NCBI RefSeq assembly: GCF_019464535.1
Contig: NZ_CP080507.1
Location: forward strand, 3,030,001-3,062,000
Source: Horticoccus luteus
GTDB lineage: Bacteria; Verrucomicrobiota; Verrucomicrobiia; Opitutales; Opitutaceae
Direction of reading: 5' to 3'
DNA length: 32,000 nucleotides
In this document: positions 8,862 to 20,840 of the stretch, piece by piece
Numbering within the stretch: the first letter of the stretch is position 1
Layout of the letters: every line of letters starts with the position of its first letter
Position numbers and translations under genes: made by a program
The notes under the pieces: model-generated
Told to the model about the DNA's origin: nothing
Database searches by the model: none
The model's input: the letters and a program-made list of their open reading frames with translations, nothing else

Positions 8862-10991
8862 ATGCCGATGCCGCCTGAGTCAGAAGAACAATGGACGCAT
8901 GAGGAGGTCGTCCTCGGTGCCCGCGCGGCGCTGCTCGACGAACTCGACCTCCGCGCATCGGCGCTCGGCGCCGCGTTTCTCGCCGCTCCCGTCGGCCCCC
9001 GTGTCCGCGCGGCCGGCGTGCGCGCCAGCCTCGCCCGCCTCGCCGCCGACCAAGTCGCCGCCGCCGGCCCCGGCATGCGTTTCGGCCAGTTCCTCGACGT
9101 CAGCGACGAACTCACCCTCCTCCTGCCGGCCCGCGCCGAAATCCGCGAAGATCTCGCCCTGCCCGTGCTCGCCAGCGTCGTATTGAAACTCATCCCCTTT
9201 CTTACCGACGTCGCCACGCGCGGCCCGGCCGCTGTCGCCGCCGACCTCGCTCAACGCCGCCATCCCGACACGCGCGAACTCGCCCACCGCCTCCGCGCCT
9301 CCCCGCCCACCTACGAAGGCTGGGCGCAGCTCCAGCAGCCCGACGTCGACCGCGCCTTCGCGACCACCCCTCCGCCTCTCGCCGACCGCAAGGAAATCTA
9401 CCACCGCCTCCGCCTCGCCTGCGCCCACGCCCTCGACCGCACGCTCCTCGCCGGCCTCGCGCAACGCAATCCGGGCTTCCTCGATTACCTGCAATGCTTC
9501 CCCGTCGCGCGCGGCCTGCGCCGCAACGTCGTCGCCTGGCTCGGCCCGACCAATTCAGGCAAAACGCACCGCGCCGTCCTCGCCCTCGCGGCCGCGGAGA
9601 GCGGCATGTATCTCGGCCCGCTCCGCCTCCTCGCCCTCGAACAACGCGACCGCCTCGTCGAACTCGGCACAGCGTGTTCGCTCATCACCGGCGAGGAACG
9701 CGACTTCGCCTCCCCCACCCACTCCGCGCGCACCGTCGAGATGACGGATTTCTCCCGCCCGTTCGCCGTCTGCGTCCTCGATGAAATGCAACTCGCCTTC
9801 GATCGCGACCGCGGCTGGGCCTGGGTCGCCGCGTATTGTGGCGTCGCCGCCGAGACGCTCATCGTCACCGGCCCCGACTCCGCCGAACCCGTCATCCGCC
9901 GCCTCGCTGAATTATGCGGCGACGCCGTCGAAGTGAACCATCTGGCCCGCCAAGGCACGCTCCAGAGCGAGGGCGTGCTGGACTGGCGGCATGTGCCGCC
10001 TCGCTCCGCCGTGATCGGCTTTTCGCGCGCCATGGTGCTCGAACTCAAGGCCATGTTCGAATCTCGCGGCCTGCGCGTCTCCGTCATCTACGGCGGCCTC
10101 TCGCCCGAAGTGCGCCGCAACGAAGCCCGCCGCTTTCGCGACCGCGAGTCCGACATCGTCTGCGCCACCGACGCCATCGGCCTCGGCCTCAACCTCCCGC
10201 TCGACCGCGTGATTTTCTACGAGACCGATAAATTCGACGGCGAAATCAACCGCCGCCTCGACCCCGCCGAGCTCCTCCAAATCGCCGGCCGCGCCGGTCG
10301 CGGACCCGGCTCGGAAGGCTGGGTCGCCGCCTTCTCCGCCCGCGACGCGCGCCGCGTCGAAGCCGCCCTCGCCGAACCCCAACGCACCCCGGCGCCCGAC
10401 CTGCTCCCCGCCGCGCCCACGCAAATGCACGTTCGCGCGATCGCTGACCACCTCGGGCTCGCCCGCCTCGGCCCCATCCTCGAATTCTTTCGCACGCGGC
10501 TCACGTTCCCCGGCGGCACGTTTTTCCCCGATGTGCAGGACGACGTTTTCGCTGCCGCCGAACTCGTTGATACCTACGCCCCCACGCTCCCCGTCGAGGA
10601 ACGCTACGCCCTCGCCTGCACGCCCATTGATCTCGACGACCACCTCTTCCGCAGCCTCTTCGCCGAATGGCTGGAACTCCTCGCGGCGGGCCGCACCGTG
10701 AATTTCCCCCGCCGCCTCGACAACGCCGGCGGCCTCGAAGCGCTGGAGGAAACACTGAAACTCGTCACCATCTACCGCTGGCTCGCGCTAAAATTCCCGC
10801 ACGCGTTCACCGACGGCGCGCACGTCGAGCAAATCCGCCGCGATGTCACCGAGCAGACGCAGGCCATCCTCCGTCGCAACTGGGGCAAACAAGGCCTCAC
10901 CCGCCGCGAATGCGTGCACTGTGGCCGGGCGCTCCTGCCCAGCGCTGTGTTTCGCACCTGTCGCGAATGCCACAGCCGCGGCTATGAATGA
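8862..10991 (+). CDS. SUV3-like superfamily-2 ATP-dependent helicase with unassigned N-terminal region and C-terminal zinc ribbon (709 aa)
   Basis: Walker A GPTNSGKTH (about 9543-9566), motif II DEMQ (9780-9791), TGEER, helicase-C motifs VCATDAIGLGLNLPLDRVIF and QIAGRAGR, and CxxC-X12-CxxC at 10911-10970. The start is uncertain: ATG at 8862 or 8868, and the track's alternative start at 8811. Confidence 0.85.
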   Translation: MPMPPESEEQWTHEEVVLGARAALLDELDLRASALGAAFLAAPVGPRVRAAGVRASLARLAADQVAAAGPGMRFGQFLDVSDELTLLLPARAEIREDLALPVLASVVLKLIPFLTDVATRGPAAVAADLAQRRHPDTRELAHRLRASPPTYEGWAQLQQPDVDRAFATTPPPLADRKEIYHRLRLACAHALDRTLLAGLAQRNPGFLDYLQCFPVARGLRRNVVAWLGPTNSGKTHRAVLALAAAESGMYLGPLRLLALEQRDRLVELGTACSLITGEERDFASPTHSARTVEMTDFSRPFAVCVLDEMQLAFDRDRGWAWVAAYCGVAAETLIVTGPDSAEPVIRRLAELCGDAVEVNHLARQGTLQSEGVLDWRHVPPRSAVIGFSRAMVLELKAMFESRGLRVSVIYGGLSPEVRRNEARRFRDRESDIVCATDAIGLGLNLPLDRVIFYETDKFDGEINRRLDPAELLQIAGRAGRGPGSEGWVAAFSARDARRVEAALAEPQRTPAPDLLPAAPTQMHVRAIADHLGLARLGPILEFFRTRLTFPGGTFFPDVQDDVFAAAELVDTYAPTLPVEERYALACTPIDLDDHLFRSLFAEWLELLAAGRTVNFPRRLDNAGGLEALEETLKLVTIYRWLALKFPHAFTDGAHVEQIRRDVTEQTQAILRRNWGKQGLTRRECVHCGRALLPSAVFRTCRECHSRGYE

Positions 10992-11070
10992 TTTCGCCCT
11001 GCGCATTTTCGCATCATTTTTGCAGAACCGACCGACCAACGCTGAGTCTGATTGGGTTCACCTGTTTGCC

Positions 11071-11484
11071 ATGAGTCTCGCTGCCTCCCCCCCGCAGGCG
11101 TCCGTCGCCGCTTCGCGGTTCTACCACATTCTCGTTGTCGACGACTTGCCCGAGCTATGTGAGCTCGCCGCCCGCACGCTCACTCGTGCCGGCCACCACC
11201 CCGTCTGTGTGCAGAGCGGCTCCGAAGCTCTGGCCTGCCTCGCTGCCGATCCGCACTTCGACATCATCATGACCGACCACCACATGCCGTTGATGACCGG
11301 GCTGGAACTCGTTGCGCGCCTCCACGAGCTGCACTTTCCCGGGCGGATCATTGCCACCACCGCTGATCCTGACCCCGCGCTTTTGAGCTCTTATTGTGCG
11401 CTGGGCGTGGACTCCTTCCTGCCTAAACCCGCGTCCGCCGAAGAGATTCAGGCCGCGATTTCCGCCTGCGCTCCGGCCGCCTGA
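11071..11484 (+). CDS. Single-domain response regulator (receiver only, about 137 aa)
   Basis: CheY-like motifs [15 protein letters not shown] (phospho-Asp) and FLPKP (conserved Lys), with no output domain. An alternative upstream ATG at 10984 overlaps the helicase stop (ATGAATGA), but that extension is rich in A/T-ending codons. Confidence 0.85.
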   Translation: MSLAASPPQASVAASRFYHILVVDDLPELCELAARTLTRAGHHPVCVQSGSEALACLAADPHFDIIMTDHHMPLMTGLELVARLHELHFPGRIIATTADPDPALLSSYCALGVDSFLPKPASAEEIQAAISACAPAA

Positions 11485-11513
11485 TTTTTCGCGGAAAAAA
11501 ACTGACAGCCCGC

Positions 11514-13720
<2,207 letters not shown>

Positions 13721-13724
<4 letters not shown>

Positions 13725-14254
13725 AGCCCCGCGGATCCTCCCCTATGATGCGCAACGACTGCGTGTTTTCCCGCGATCGCCGTTACCGCTACACCCTCAT
13801 CCACCGGTGGGATGAATTGCTCAACCCCGAGCGCGGCATCGCGTGGATCTGCCTCAACCCCAGCACCGCCGACGAAAACCAACTCGATCCCACCCTGCGC
13901 CGCATCCGCGCTTTTTCTGCTGCCTGGGGCTATGGATATTTCGTGATGCTCAACGCCTTCGCCTGGCGCGCCACGTTGCCCGCCGACATGAAACGCGTCG
14001 CCGATCCCGTCGGTCCCGACAACGACCGGTGGATCGCGCATTGGGCCGCGCGCGTCGATCGCGTCATGCTCGGCTGGGGCGAGCACGGCGCGCACCTCGG
14101 TCGCGATCGCGCTGTGCTGCGGTTGCTGAATCCCGCCAACACCTTCTGCCTCCAACGCAACGCCAGCACCCAACCCAAGCACCCGCTCTACGTTGCCCAA
14201 GCCACGCCACCCGCCCCCTTCGCTTTCCCAGCCCTCGAAGCGCCGCCGCAGTGA
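13721..14254 (+). CDS. DUF1643 domain protein (177 aa; start may be the ATGATG at 13745)
   Basis: [17 protein letters not shown] ... [20 protein letters not shown] ... [14 protein letters not shown] ... GWGEHG ... PKHPLYV matches my recollection of the DUF1643 (PF07799) consensus. The ATG at 13721 overlaps the kinase TGA (ATGA). Confidence 0.8.
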
Positions 14255-14389
14255 CCATCTCCCTGGCATGGGTCCGCACCCCGATCACTGATTGCCCCCG
14301 ACCATTTATCCCGTTGGGAATCTCCCCCTGACAAAACGACCGGCCTTCACCCGATGCCCCGCCCGCATCGCATTTGCTAAGATCAGCCC

Positions 14390-14824
14390 ATGATCCGCGT
14401 TCTAGCTCAAAGTCACGCCCCGGTGCTCGGCTTTCACGTCACCGGCCGCCTCAGCGCCGATGACTATCGCGCGTTCATGACCGCCGTGGAATCCGCCATC
14501 GCGGCCCACGGCCCCGTGCGCATTTTACTTTGGTTCGAAGCCTTTGGCGGCTGGGATCTCGCGGCGCGCTGGCACGACCTGCTCTTCACCTCGCGCCACT
14601 CCCAATCGGTGGAACGCTTCGCGCTCGTCGGCACATGGCATCAACGCTGGAGCGCGCAACTCAGCCGCCTTTTCACGAGCGCCGAAGTGCGCGCCTTTCC
14701 CGCCGACGAACTCGGCGACGCGTGGGCCTGGCTCCAGGAAAACCGCGGCGAAATCGCGTTTCCCCTCGCCGTCCCCGCGACCGCCAAATTCCCCTCGCTC
14801 GCGCTCTCCCCCTTCGCTGCGTAA
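14390..14824 (+). CDS. STAS/SpoIIAA-like (DUF3478-type) domain protein, 144 aa
   Basis: VLGFHVTGRLSADDYRAFMTAVESAIAAHGPVRILLWFEAFGGWDLAARW...VERFALVG is the typical SpoIIAA-like pattern. Confidence 0.7.
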   Translation: MIRVLAQSHAPVLGFHVTGRLSADDYRAFMTAVESAIAAHGPVRILLWFEAFGGWDLAARWHDLLFTSRHSQSVERFALVGTWHQRWSAQLSRLFTSAEVRAFPADELGDAWAWLQENRGEIAFPLAVPATAKFPSLALSPFAA

Positions 14825-14861
14825 ACCGTCAGCGTCCGCCCCGGTCGCGTGCGGTTGCAGC

Positions 14862-15590
14862 TCAGAGCGGATACGCGCCCGCTTTCCCGCCTCGCCGCGC
14901 GAGTTTTTCACACAACCCGTCCAACCGCGTCCGGTGCAACGCGCCATCGAGCACATCGTAGTGCTGGGGCACGATCAGTCGCGGATTGAGCCGCTGCGCT
15001 TTCTCCAACGACGCCGGAATCATCGCCGGCGCGGCATTCAAAATACGCGGCGGCAGGTGCACGTTGAAAAAGTAACTCGCGAACAAATCCCCGCTGAACA
15101 GCAGATCATGGCGCGCGCTGTAAAACCCGCAGTGCCCCAGCGTGTGCCCCGGCAAATGCACCACGCGCAATCCGCCCCACCACGGCAACTCGTCGCCGTC
15201 CGCCAATCCGACATCGATCCGCGCCGGCTGCCCCACGCGCAATATCCGCCGCCCCGCCCGTTCCAGTTTTCCACAACGCACCGCCGCACCCGTATACGGA
15301 AACGTGCCGTCGATGTGCGCCTGCTCCGCGGGATGCGCATAAATCCGCGCTCCGCTCCACCGCTTCGCCCACGCCAGGTTGCCCGCGTGATCAAGATGCC
15401 CGTGCGTCAGCAAAATCGCCTTCAAATCCCTCGGACCAAGCCCCAGCCGGTGCAGTTTCCAACGAATAAGCCACGGTTCTCCGACCAGTCCGGTATCGAG
15501 CAGCACCGCCTGGCCGCGCTCATCGACCAGCAGATGACACAGCCCCATCACGCCGCGAATCGGATGGATGCCCGGAGGCACGTTTCTCAT
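14862..15590 (-). CDS. MBL-fold metallo-hydrolase, 242 aa
   Basis: THGHLDHAGN (HxHxDH motif), with downstream HLPGHTLGH and a metal-ligand Asp in FSGDLF. Confidence 0.9.
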   Translation of the reverse strand: MRNVPPGIHPIRGVMGLCHLLVDERGQAVLLDTGLVGEPWLIRWKLHRLGLGPRDLKAILLTHGHLDHAGNLAWAKRWSGARIYAHPAEQAHIDGTFPYTGAAVRCGKLERAGRRILRVGQPARIDVGLADGDELPWWGGLRVVHLPGHTLGHCGFYSARHDLLFSGDLFASYFFNVHLPPRILNAAPAMIPASLEKAQRLNPRLIVPQHYDVLDGALHRTRLDGLCEKLARRGGKAGAYPL

Positions 15591-15675
15591 CGCACCGGGC
15601 TTCCTGCGACCACGCTTCTTTTCGGCGCATTGCGCGCGTGGGCATTCGCCGCGGCCGGTCTGCGGCTCGCGCCGT

Positions 15676-15936
15676 TCACGTCAAAAACAAACCCGCGCCC
15701 GCCACGCCGAGAATGAGCGTTCCCGCGATCGTCAACGTCGGCGCGAGCACGCGCCACGTCCGGATCCGCCGCGCCGCGCCGGCGGGCGACAACTTGCCAT
15801 CCTTCAACGCCTCCTCTGCATCCGAGCGTTTCCAGTGCTGATTCCACTGTAGCCAGATTCCCGCGAGCGTCGTCACCATTCCCAACACGCCGAGAATCTC
15901 GAAACGAAAAGGCATATTCAACGCTGAGAGCGGCAT
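15676..15936 (-). CDS. Small hypothetical membrane protein (86 aa, two predicted TM helices)
   Basis: An ORF fills the gap between two same-strand genes. It has two hydrophobic segments (ILGVLGMVTTLAGIWL and LAPTLTIAGTLILGVAGAGLFL). I recognise no family. Confidence 0.5.
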   Translation of the reverse strand: MPLSALNMPFRFEILGVLGMVTTLAGIWLQWNQHWKRSDAEEALKDGKLSPAGAARRIRTWRVLAPTLTIAGTLILGVAGAGLFLT

Positions 15937-15970
15937 GAAGCGGTTTACCTCTCAGAGATTTTTCCCGCCG

Positions 15971-17230
15971 TCAATGAACGAGACCTTTTGCCGCCACCCA
16001 GCGCAGCGTCCGCTCGGCCAGCCGGTCAAACGCCTGCACGCACGCCTCGAGATGCTCTTCCTTCGTGTCCTCGATCTTGTTGTGACTGATGCCGTGCAGA
16101 CTCTGCACAAACATCATCACCGTCGGCACCCCCGCCCCCGCCACCTCCGCCGCATCGTGCAACGGCCCCGACGGCAACCGGTGCGACTGCCCGCACGTCT
16201 CCCGGATCGCCTCGTCGCAAAACTCAATCAGCTCCGGATGAAACGGCCGCGGCTCGATCTGCCACAACCTCTCCCACGTCACCGTCACGTTGCCCTCCTG
16301 CGCAAACCGTTCGCTCGCCTCCTGCGCCTCGCGTAACATCCGCGCCAGCGCCGCCGCGTCGAGATGCCGTTGATCGAGCGTGAGGCGACACTCCTCCACC
16401 ACACTCGTCACGATGCCCGGCTTGGTGGAGCACGATCCGATCGTGCACACGCCCACGCCGCTGCGCTCCGCGATGCGATATATCTCCGGGCTCATCCGCG
16501 CCGCCGCGAGTAACGCATCCTTCCTCCGGTTCATCGGCGTCGATCCCGAGTGCGCCGCCTGCCCGCGAAACGTGATCGCGTGCCGCTCCACACCAAACGT
16601 CCCCAGCACCGCGCCCAGCGGCAGATCGAGATCGAGCAGCACCGGCCCCTGCTCCACGTGCAACTCGAGATACGCCGCCGCGTCTTTCAATTCCGCGCCG
16701 CTCGCCTTTGCGTTTTCCAAGTCAATCCCCACCGCGCGCAACGCCTCCGGCAGCGCCACGCCGTCACGATCCTTCAGTCCCCGCGCCTCTTCCATGTTCA
16801 ACGTCCCCGCACACGCCGACGAGCCGAACAAACTCTTCCCGAAACGCGCCCCTTCCTCATCCGCCCAGTCCACCAGCCGCACCGTCACCGGCGGACGCCC
16901 GGCATACTGCGCCACGATGCGCCGCAAAATCTCCAGCCCCGCCAGCACGTTGAGGCAACCATCGAGCCAGCCGCCATTCGGCACCGAATCCATGTGCCCC
17001 CCGATCAACAACGCCCGCGGCGATTCGCCCGGGAGCGTGCTCCACATATTTCCTGCCGCGTCCACGTGCGTCTGCAGTTGCGGGATCGCGTCCAGTTTCG
17101 CGCGCAACCACGCTCGCGTCGCCACCCACACCGGCGTGAACGCCACGCGCTGCGCGCCATTTTCGTCGCCCGTCAGTCGGCGCAACTCTTTCAATTCCTC
17201 AATCGTGCGGCGGGGATCGACAGCATTCAT
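15971..17230 (-). CDS. M20-family Zn-dependent amidase of the hydantoinase/carbamoylase group; likely N-carbamoyl-beta-alanine amidohydrolase (beta-ureidopropionase), 419 aa
   Basis: LLIGGHMDSVPNGGWLDG, WADEEGARFG and LELHVEQGPVL are signatures of AmaB / allantoate-amidohydrolase-type M20 enzymes. The gene is divergent from preT. The start was set at MNAVDPRR (ATG 17230) rather than the track start at 17380. Confidence 0.85.
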   Translation of the reverse strand: MNAVDPRRTIEELKELRRLTGDENGAQRVAFTPVWVATRAWLRAKLDAIPQLQTHVDAAGNMWSTLPGESPRALLIGGHMDSVPNGGWLDGCLNVLAGLEILRRIVAQYAGRPPVTVRLVDWADEEGARFGKSLFGSSACAGTLNMEEARGLKDRDGVALPEALRAVGIDLENAKASGAELKDAAAYLELHVEQGPVLLDLDLPLGAVLGTFGVERHAITFRGQAAHSGSTPMNRRKDALLAAARMSPEIYRIAERSGVGVCTIGSCSTKPGIVTSVVEECRLTLDQRHLDAAALARMLREAQEASERFAQEGNVTVTWERLWQIEPRPFHPELIEFCDEAIRETCGQSHRLPSGPLHDAAEVAGAGVPTVMMFVQSLHGISHNKIEDTKEEHLEACVQAFDRLAERTLRWVAAKGLVH

Positions 17231-17427
17231 CACAGAGACGTGGGGTTGAAAATTTCCCCTGTCTTCTCCGTCACACCGATCGCAACAACGGAAGGCAGGG
17301 CACTTTGCGGCTTGGAAACTAGCGCCCGCACCGCCACATTCAACTGGCAATCCGGCGCACCCCTCGCCGTCCGCCCTCATTTTTGCCCGCGCCCGATTCC
17401 GCGCCCGCGTCCCGCCGCCCTCTTTCC

Positions 17428-18885
17428 ATGGCTCTTCAACCGCTGCTCTCCTCCGACGCCCTCGCCGCCAACATGGCGGAGCTCAAACCGCCCTTCCGCC
17501 CCAGCGAGGCCCTCGTCGAGGCTCACCGCTGCCTCTTCTGCTTCGACGCCCCGTGCATCATGGCCTGCCCCACCGGCATCGACGTGCCGGCGTTCATCAA
17601 AAAAATCGCCGCCGGCCGCCCCGCCGACGCCGCGCGCACCATCCTCTCCGCCAACATTCTCGGCGCCTCCTGCGCCCGCGTCTGCCCCACCGAAGTCCTC
17701 TGTGAAGGCGCCTGCGTCCTCGACGACCGCGATGAACAACCCATCCAAATCGGACGCCTCCAGCGCTACGTGACCGACTTCGTCACCGAACGAAACATCT
17801 CCGTCCTCTCCGCCCCCGCGCAAAAATCCGGCCACGCCATCGCCGTCATCGGCGCCGGTCCCGCCGGCCTCGGCTGCGCCGCCGAACTTGCCCGCCTCGG
17901 CCATCGCGTGACCATTTTCGAGCAGAAACAACTGCCCGGCGGCCTCAACACCTACGGCATCGCCTATTACAAAATGACGCCCGACGTCAGCCTCGCCGAA
18001 GTCGACCTCGTGCGATCGCTCGGCGTCGAAATCCGCTGCGGTGTCACCGTCGGGCGCGATATCACCGTCGCCCAACTCGAAAAAGAGTTCGCCGCACTCT
18101 TCCTCGGCGTCGGCCTCGGCGCCGCGACGCGCCTCCGCATTCCCGGCGAAGACCTGCCCGAAGTCCTCGATGCCCTAGACTACATCGCGCAGATTCACAC
18201 GCAACGGCTCGACAAAATCCCCACCGGCCGTCGCGTCGCCGTCATCGGCGCCGGCAACACCGCCATCGACGCCGTCACCCAGTCGAAGCGCCTCGGCGCC
18301 GACCGCTCCTTCATCGTTTACCGCCGCGGCGAACCCGAAATGTCCGCCTACGATTTCGAATACGCACACGCCAAACACGACGGCGCGCATTTTCTTTTTC
18401 ACGCCGCACCCCTCGAAATCCTTGCGACTGATGGCCACGTCTCCGGCCTCCGTCTCGTCCGCACGCGCCTCGTCGGCGACCGCGCCGAGGCGATTCCCGG
18501 CACCGAATGGATCGAGCCCTGCGACCTCGTGCTCAAAGCCGTCGGCCAGCAAAAGCAAGCCGCCCTCCTGCGCTCGCTCTTCCCCACGCTCGCCCTCGAC
18601 GACCGCGGCGTCGTGCAACGCGATCCCCTCACCGGCGCGACCAATCTCCCCCACGTTTTCACCGGCGGCGATTGCGCCAACGGTGGACGCGAGGTCGTCA
18701 ACGCCGTTGGCGAAGGCAAGAAGGCCGCTCTCGGCATCCACGCTTTCCTTACGCGGGCCCTGGCGTCGCTTCCCGTGCAACCCTCCCGCCTCGGCGCAAA
18801 AGCCGGCGCCAGCGGCTCCGGTCTGGTTCATCCCATCCGCGCGCACGAACTGGAAGCCGCGCTCCCGTCCCCCGCCCGCGGCTGA
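17428..18885 (+). CDS. preT: NAD-dependent dihydropyrimidine dehydrogenase subunit PreT (GltD-like FAD/NAD oxidoreductase), 485 aa
   Basis: The N-terminal Fe-S cysteine clusters CLFCFDAPCIMACPTGIDV and CARVCPTEVLCEGAC, two dinucleotide folds (VIGAGPAGLGCAAEL and VIGAGNTAIDA), and position immediately upstream of preA. Start at MALQPLL (17428). Confidence 0.88.
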   Translation: MALQPLLSSDALAANMAELKPPFRPSEALVEAHRCLFCFDAPCIMACPTGIDVPAFIKKIAAGRPADAARTILSANILGASCARVCPTEVLCEGACVLDDRDEQPIQIGRLQRYVTDFVTERNISVLSAPAQKSGHAIAVIGAGPAGLGCAAELARLGHRVTIFEQKQLPGGLNTYGIAYYKMTPDVSLAEVDLVRSLGVEIRCGVTVGRDITVAQLEKEFAALFLGVGLGAATRLRIPGEDLPEVLDALDYIAQIHTQRLDKIPTGRRVAVIGAGNTAIDAVTQSKRLGADRSFIVYRRGEPEMSAYDFEYAHAKHDGAHFLFHAAPLEILATDGHVSGLRLVRTRLVGDRAEAIPGTEWIEPCDLVLKAVGQQKQAALLRSLFPTLALDDRGVVQRDPLTGATNLPHVFTGGDCANGGREVVNAVGEGKKAALGIHAFLTRALASLPVQPSRLGAKAGASGSGLVHPIRAHELEAALPSPARG

Positions 18886-18992
18886 GCGCTCGTCTGCACC
18901 GTCGCTCGCCAGCCCGCTCTCACCCGACCCGCCGCTGCGCCCGTCCCTCTCAATTTTCCTCTCCACGCTTCTTTCGTCCGACTTTCCGCTCC

Positions 18993-20309
18993 ATGGCCGA
19001 TCTCTCCACCAACCTCGCCGGCATCAAGTCTCCCAATCCCTTCTGGGTCGCGAGCGGTCCGCCCGCCAACACCGCTTACCAGGCCCACCGCGCCTTCGAA
19101 GCCGGCTGGGGCGGCGTGGTCTGGAAAACCATCGGCGATCCGATCGTCAACGTCGCCTCGCGCTACTCCGCGTTGAACTACGGCCGCGACCGCATGATCG
19201 GCCTTAACAACATCGAGCTCATCAGCGACCGCTCGCCTGAGACGAATTTCCGCGAAATCGCCGAGGTCAAAAAACGCTGGCCGCACCACGCCGTCATCGC
19301 GTCCCTCATGGTCGACACGCGCGAACGCTGGCACGAATTCGTCCGCCGCTCCACCGACGCCGGCGCCGACGGCATCGAGCTGAATTACGGCTGCCCGCAC
19401 GGCATGTGCGAACGCGGCATGGGTTCCGCCGTCGGCCAGCAACCCGCCGTCGCCGAAAAAATCACGAGCTGGGTCATGGAGGTCGCGACGATCCCCGTCA
19501 TCGTCAAACTCACGCCCAACATCACCGACATCACCGCCGCCGCCCGCGCCGCCAAACGCGCCGGCGCCAACGCGATCTCGCTCATCAACACGATCAACTC
19601 GATCACCAACGTGAACCTCGACACGTTCGTGCCCGAACCCACCGTCGCCGGCCTCAGTTCGCACGCCGGTTATTGCGGCCCCGCCGTGAAGCCCATCGCG
19701 CTCAATATGGTTCAGTCTTGCGCCGCCGACCCCGCCGTCGGCCTCCCGATCTCCGGCATCGGCGGCATCGCCAACTGGCGCGACGCCGCCGAGTTCCTCG
19801 CCCTCGGCTCGACCAGCCTGCAAGTCTGCACCGCGATCATGCACTACGGTTTCCGCATCGTCGAAGACATGAACGAAGGCCTCAGCGCCTACCTCGACAG
19901 CAAAGGCATGAAGTCGATCAACGAACTCATCGGCCGCGCCGTTCCCACCGTGCAAAAATGGGAAACCCTCGACCTCAACTGGCAGCGCGTCGCGCGCATC
20001 GACTACGAGAAATGTATCGGCTGCAACCTGTGCTACATCGCCTGCGAAGACGGCGCGCACCAATGCATCGATCTCCTCTCGCCCGACGAACTCAACATCG
20101 GCCTCGGCCCTGGACGCGTCCCGCACAAACCCGTCCCCAAAGTCCGCGAAGAAGACTGCGTCGGCTGCAACCTCTGCAGCCTCGTGTGCCCGGTGGACGA
20201 CTGCATCACGATGACGGAAATCCCCACCGGCCGCCCGCCGCTAAGCTGGAGTGACTATCAAACCCGCCTCGCCGCCGGCGAAATATCCCCCCTCCCGCCG
20301 CATCCGTGA
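18993..20309 (+). CDS. preA: NAD-dependent dihydropyrimidine dehydrogenase subunit PreA (DHOD-like TIM barrel plus 2x[4Fe-4S]), 438 aa
   Basis: NPFWVASGPP, ELNYGCPHGM and VKLTPNITDI match the DHPD/DHOD fold. C-terminal ferredoxin motifs CIGCNLCYIACEDG and CVGCNLCSLVCPVDDC. Start at MADLSTN (18993), in the frame of track ORF 18507-20309. Confidence 0.92.
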   Translation: MADLSTNLAGIKSPNPFWVASGPPANTAYQAHRAFEAGWGGVVWKTIGDPIVNVASRYSALNYGRDRMIGLNNIELISDRSPETNFREIAEVKKRWPHHAVIASLMVDTRERWHEFVRRSTDAGADGIELNYGCPHGMCERGMGSAVGQQPAVAEKITSWVMEVATIPVIVKLTPNITDITAAARAAKRAGANAISLINTINSITNVNLDTFVPEPTVAGLSSHAGYCGPAVKPIALNMVQSCAADPAVGLPISGIGGIANWRDAAEFLALGSTSLQVCTAIMHYGFRIVEDMNEGLSAYLDSKGMKSINELIGRAVPTVQKWETLDLNWQRVARIDYEKCIGCNLCYIACEDGAHQCIDLLSPDELNIGLGPGRVPHKPVPKVREEDCVGCNLCSLVCPVDDCITMTEIPTGRPPLSWSDYQTRLAAGEISPLPPHP

Positions 20310-20319
20310 TCACGTGGTG

Positions 20320-20359
20320 AAGCTCCAAAATCCAACATCCAAGCTCCATAGAAGCGCCA
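20320..20359. repeat. Left terminal inverted repeat of the cassette
   Basis: Contains AAGCTCCA at 20320 and 20341 and the variant AAGCGCCA at 20352, mirrored by TGGAGCTT at 20873, 20852 and 20841. Confidence 0.8.
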
Positions 20360-20421
20360 AGCTTCAACTGGAAACGAAGCGCCCACCCAACTACGCTGAG
20401 GCGAACGGCACGGATTGGTCC

Positions 20422-20796
20422 GTGGGCGAGGATTCACCTGCGACCGGAAGACATCCCTTTGATTTGGAAGAACGGACGGCTTGTTTCGGCGCAGCCATTA
20501 TTCGCTTCCTCAAAAAAGTTCCTCACGGACCCAACAACAACCGGTTGATCGACCAACTCGTAGGCTGCGGCACGAGCATAGGCGCCAACTATTGTGAGGC
20601 CAACGAAGGCGTTTCCAAAAAAGACTTCCGCAACATCATTGGCCGCTGCGTGAAAGAAGCGAAGGAAACGAAGTTTTTTCTTCGTATGATTGCCACCTCT
20701 GAACCCGCGCTCGCCGATCAAGCGCGCACGCTCTACCGCGAGGCGCAAGAACTGCACCTCATCTTCGCCAGCATCTATCGCAATACCAAGCCATGA
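20422..20796 (+). CDS. Four-helix-bundle protein (23S rRNA intervening-sequence protein / Avd-like family), about 124 aa
   Basis: FDLEERTACFGAAIIRFLKKVP...NRLIDQLVGCGTSIGANYCEANEGVSKKDFRNIIGRCVKEAKETKFFLRMI is the family signature (TSIGANY.EA...SKKDF...KE.KET). There is no ATG upstream in this frame. GTG at 20422 gives the family-typical length; alternative GTGs lie at 20314 and 20317, inside the left arm. Confidence 0.8.
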   Translation: MGEDSPATGRHPFDLEERTACFGAAIIRFLKKVPHGPNNNRLIDQLVGCGTSIGANYCEANEGVSKKDFRNIIGRCVKEAKETKFFLRMIATSEPALADQARTLYREAQELHLIFASIYRNTKP

Positions 20797-20840
20797 GCTT
20801 CATGGGCCGAATACTACGGCATCTTCCGAGCCTCGCAGCG

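Noticed and set aside
17294-17308. Sigma-54-like GGCAGG-N-TTGC motif upstream of preT; also TGGCAA at 17344
   Set aside because: The GG-to-GC spacing is one nucleotide too long (or too short for the second site) relative to the strict TGGCAC-N5-TTGC geometry. No enhancer-binding protein gene is nearby.
20251-20421. Track start (GTG 20251) for the four-helix-bundle ORF, giving 181 aa
   Set aside because: It would overlap the last 59 nt of preA and read through the left inverted repeat. Family members are about 120-130 aa and begin about 10 residues before the DLEERT helix. GTG at 20422 fits better, but the start remains unproven.
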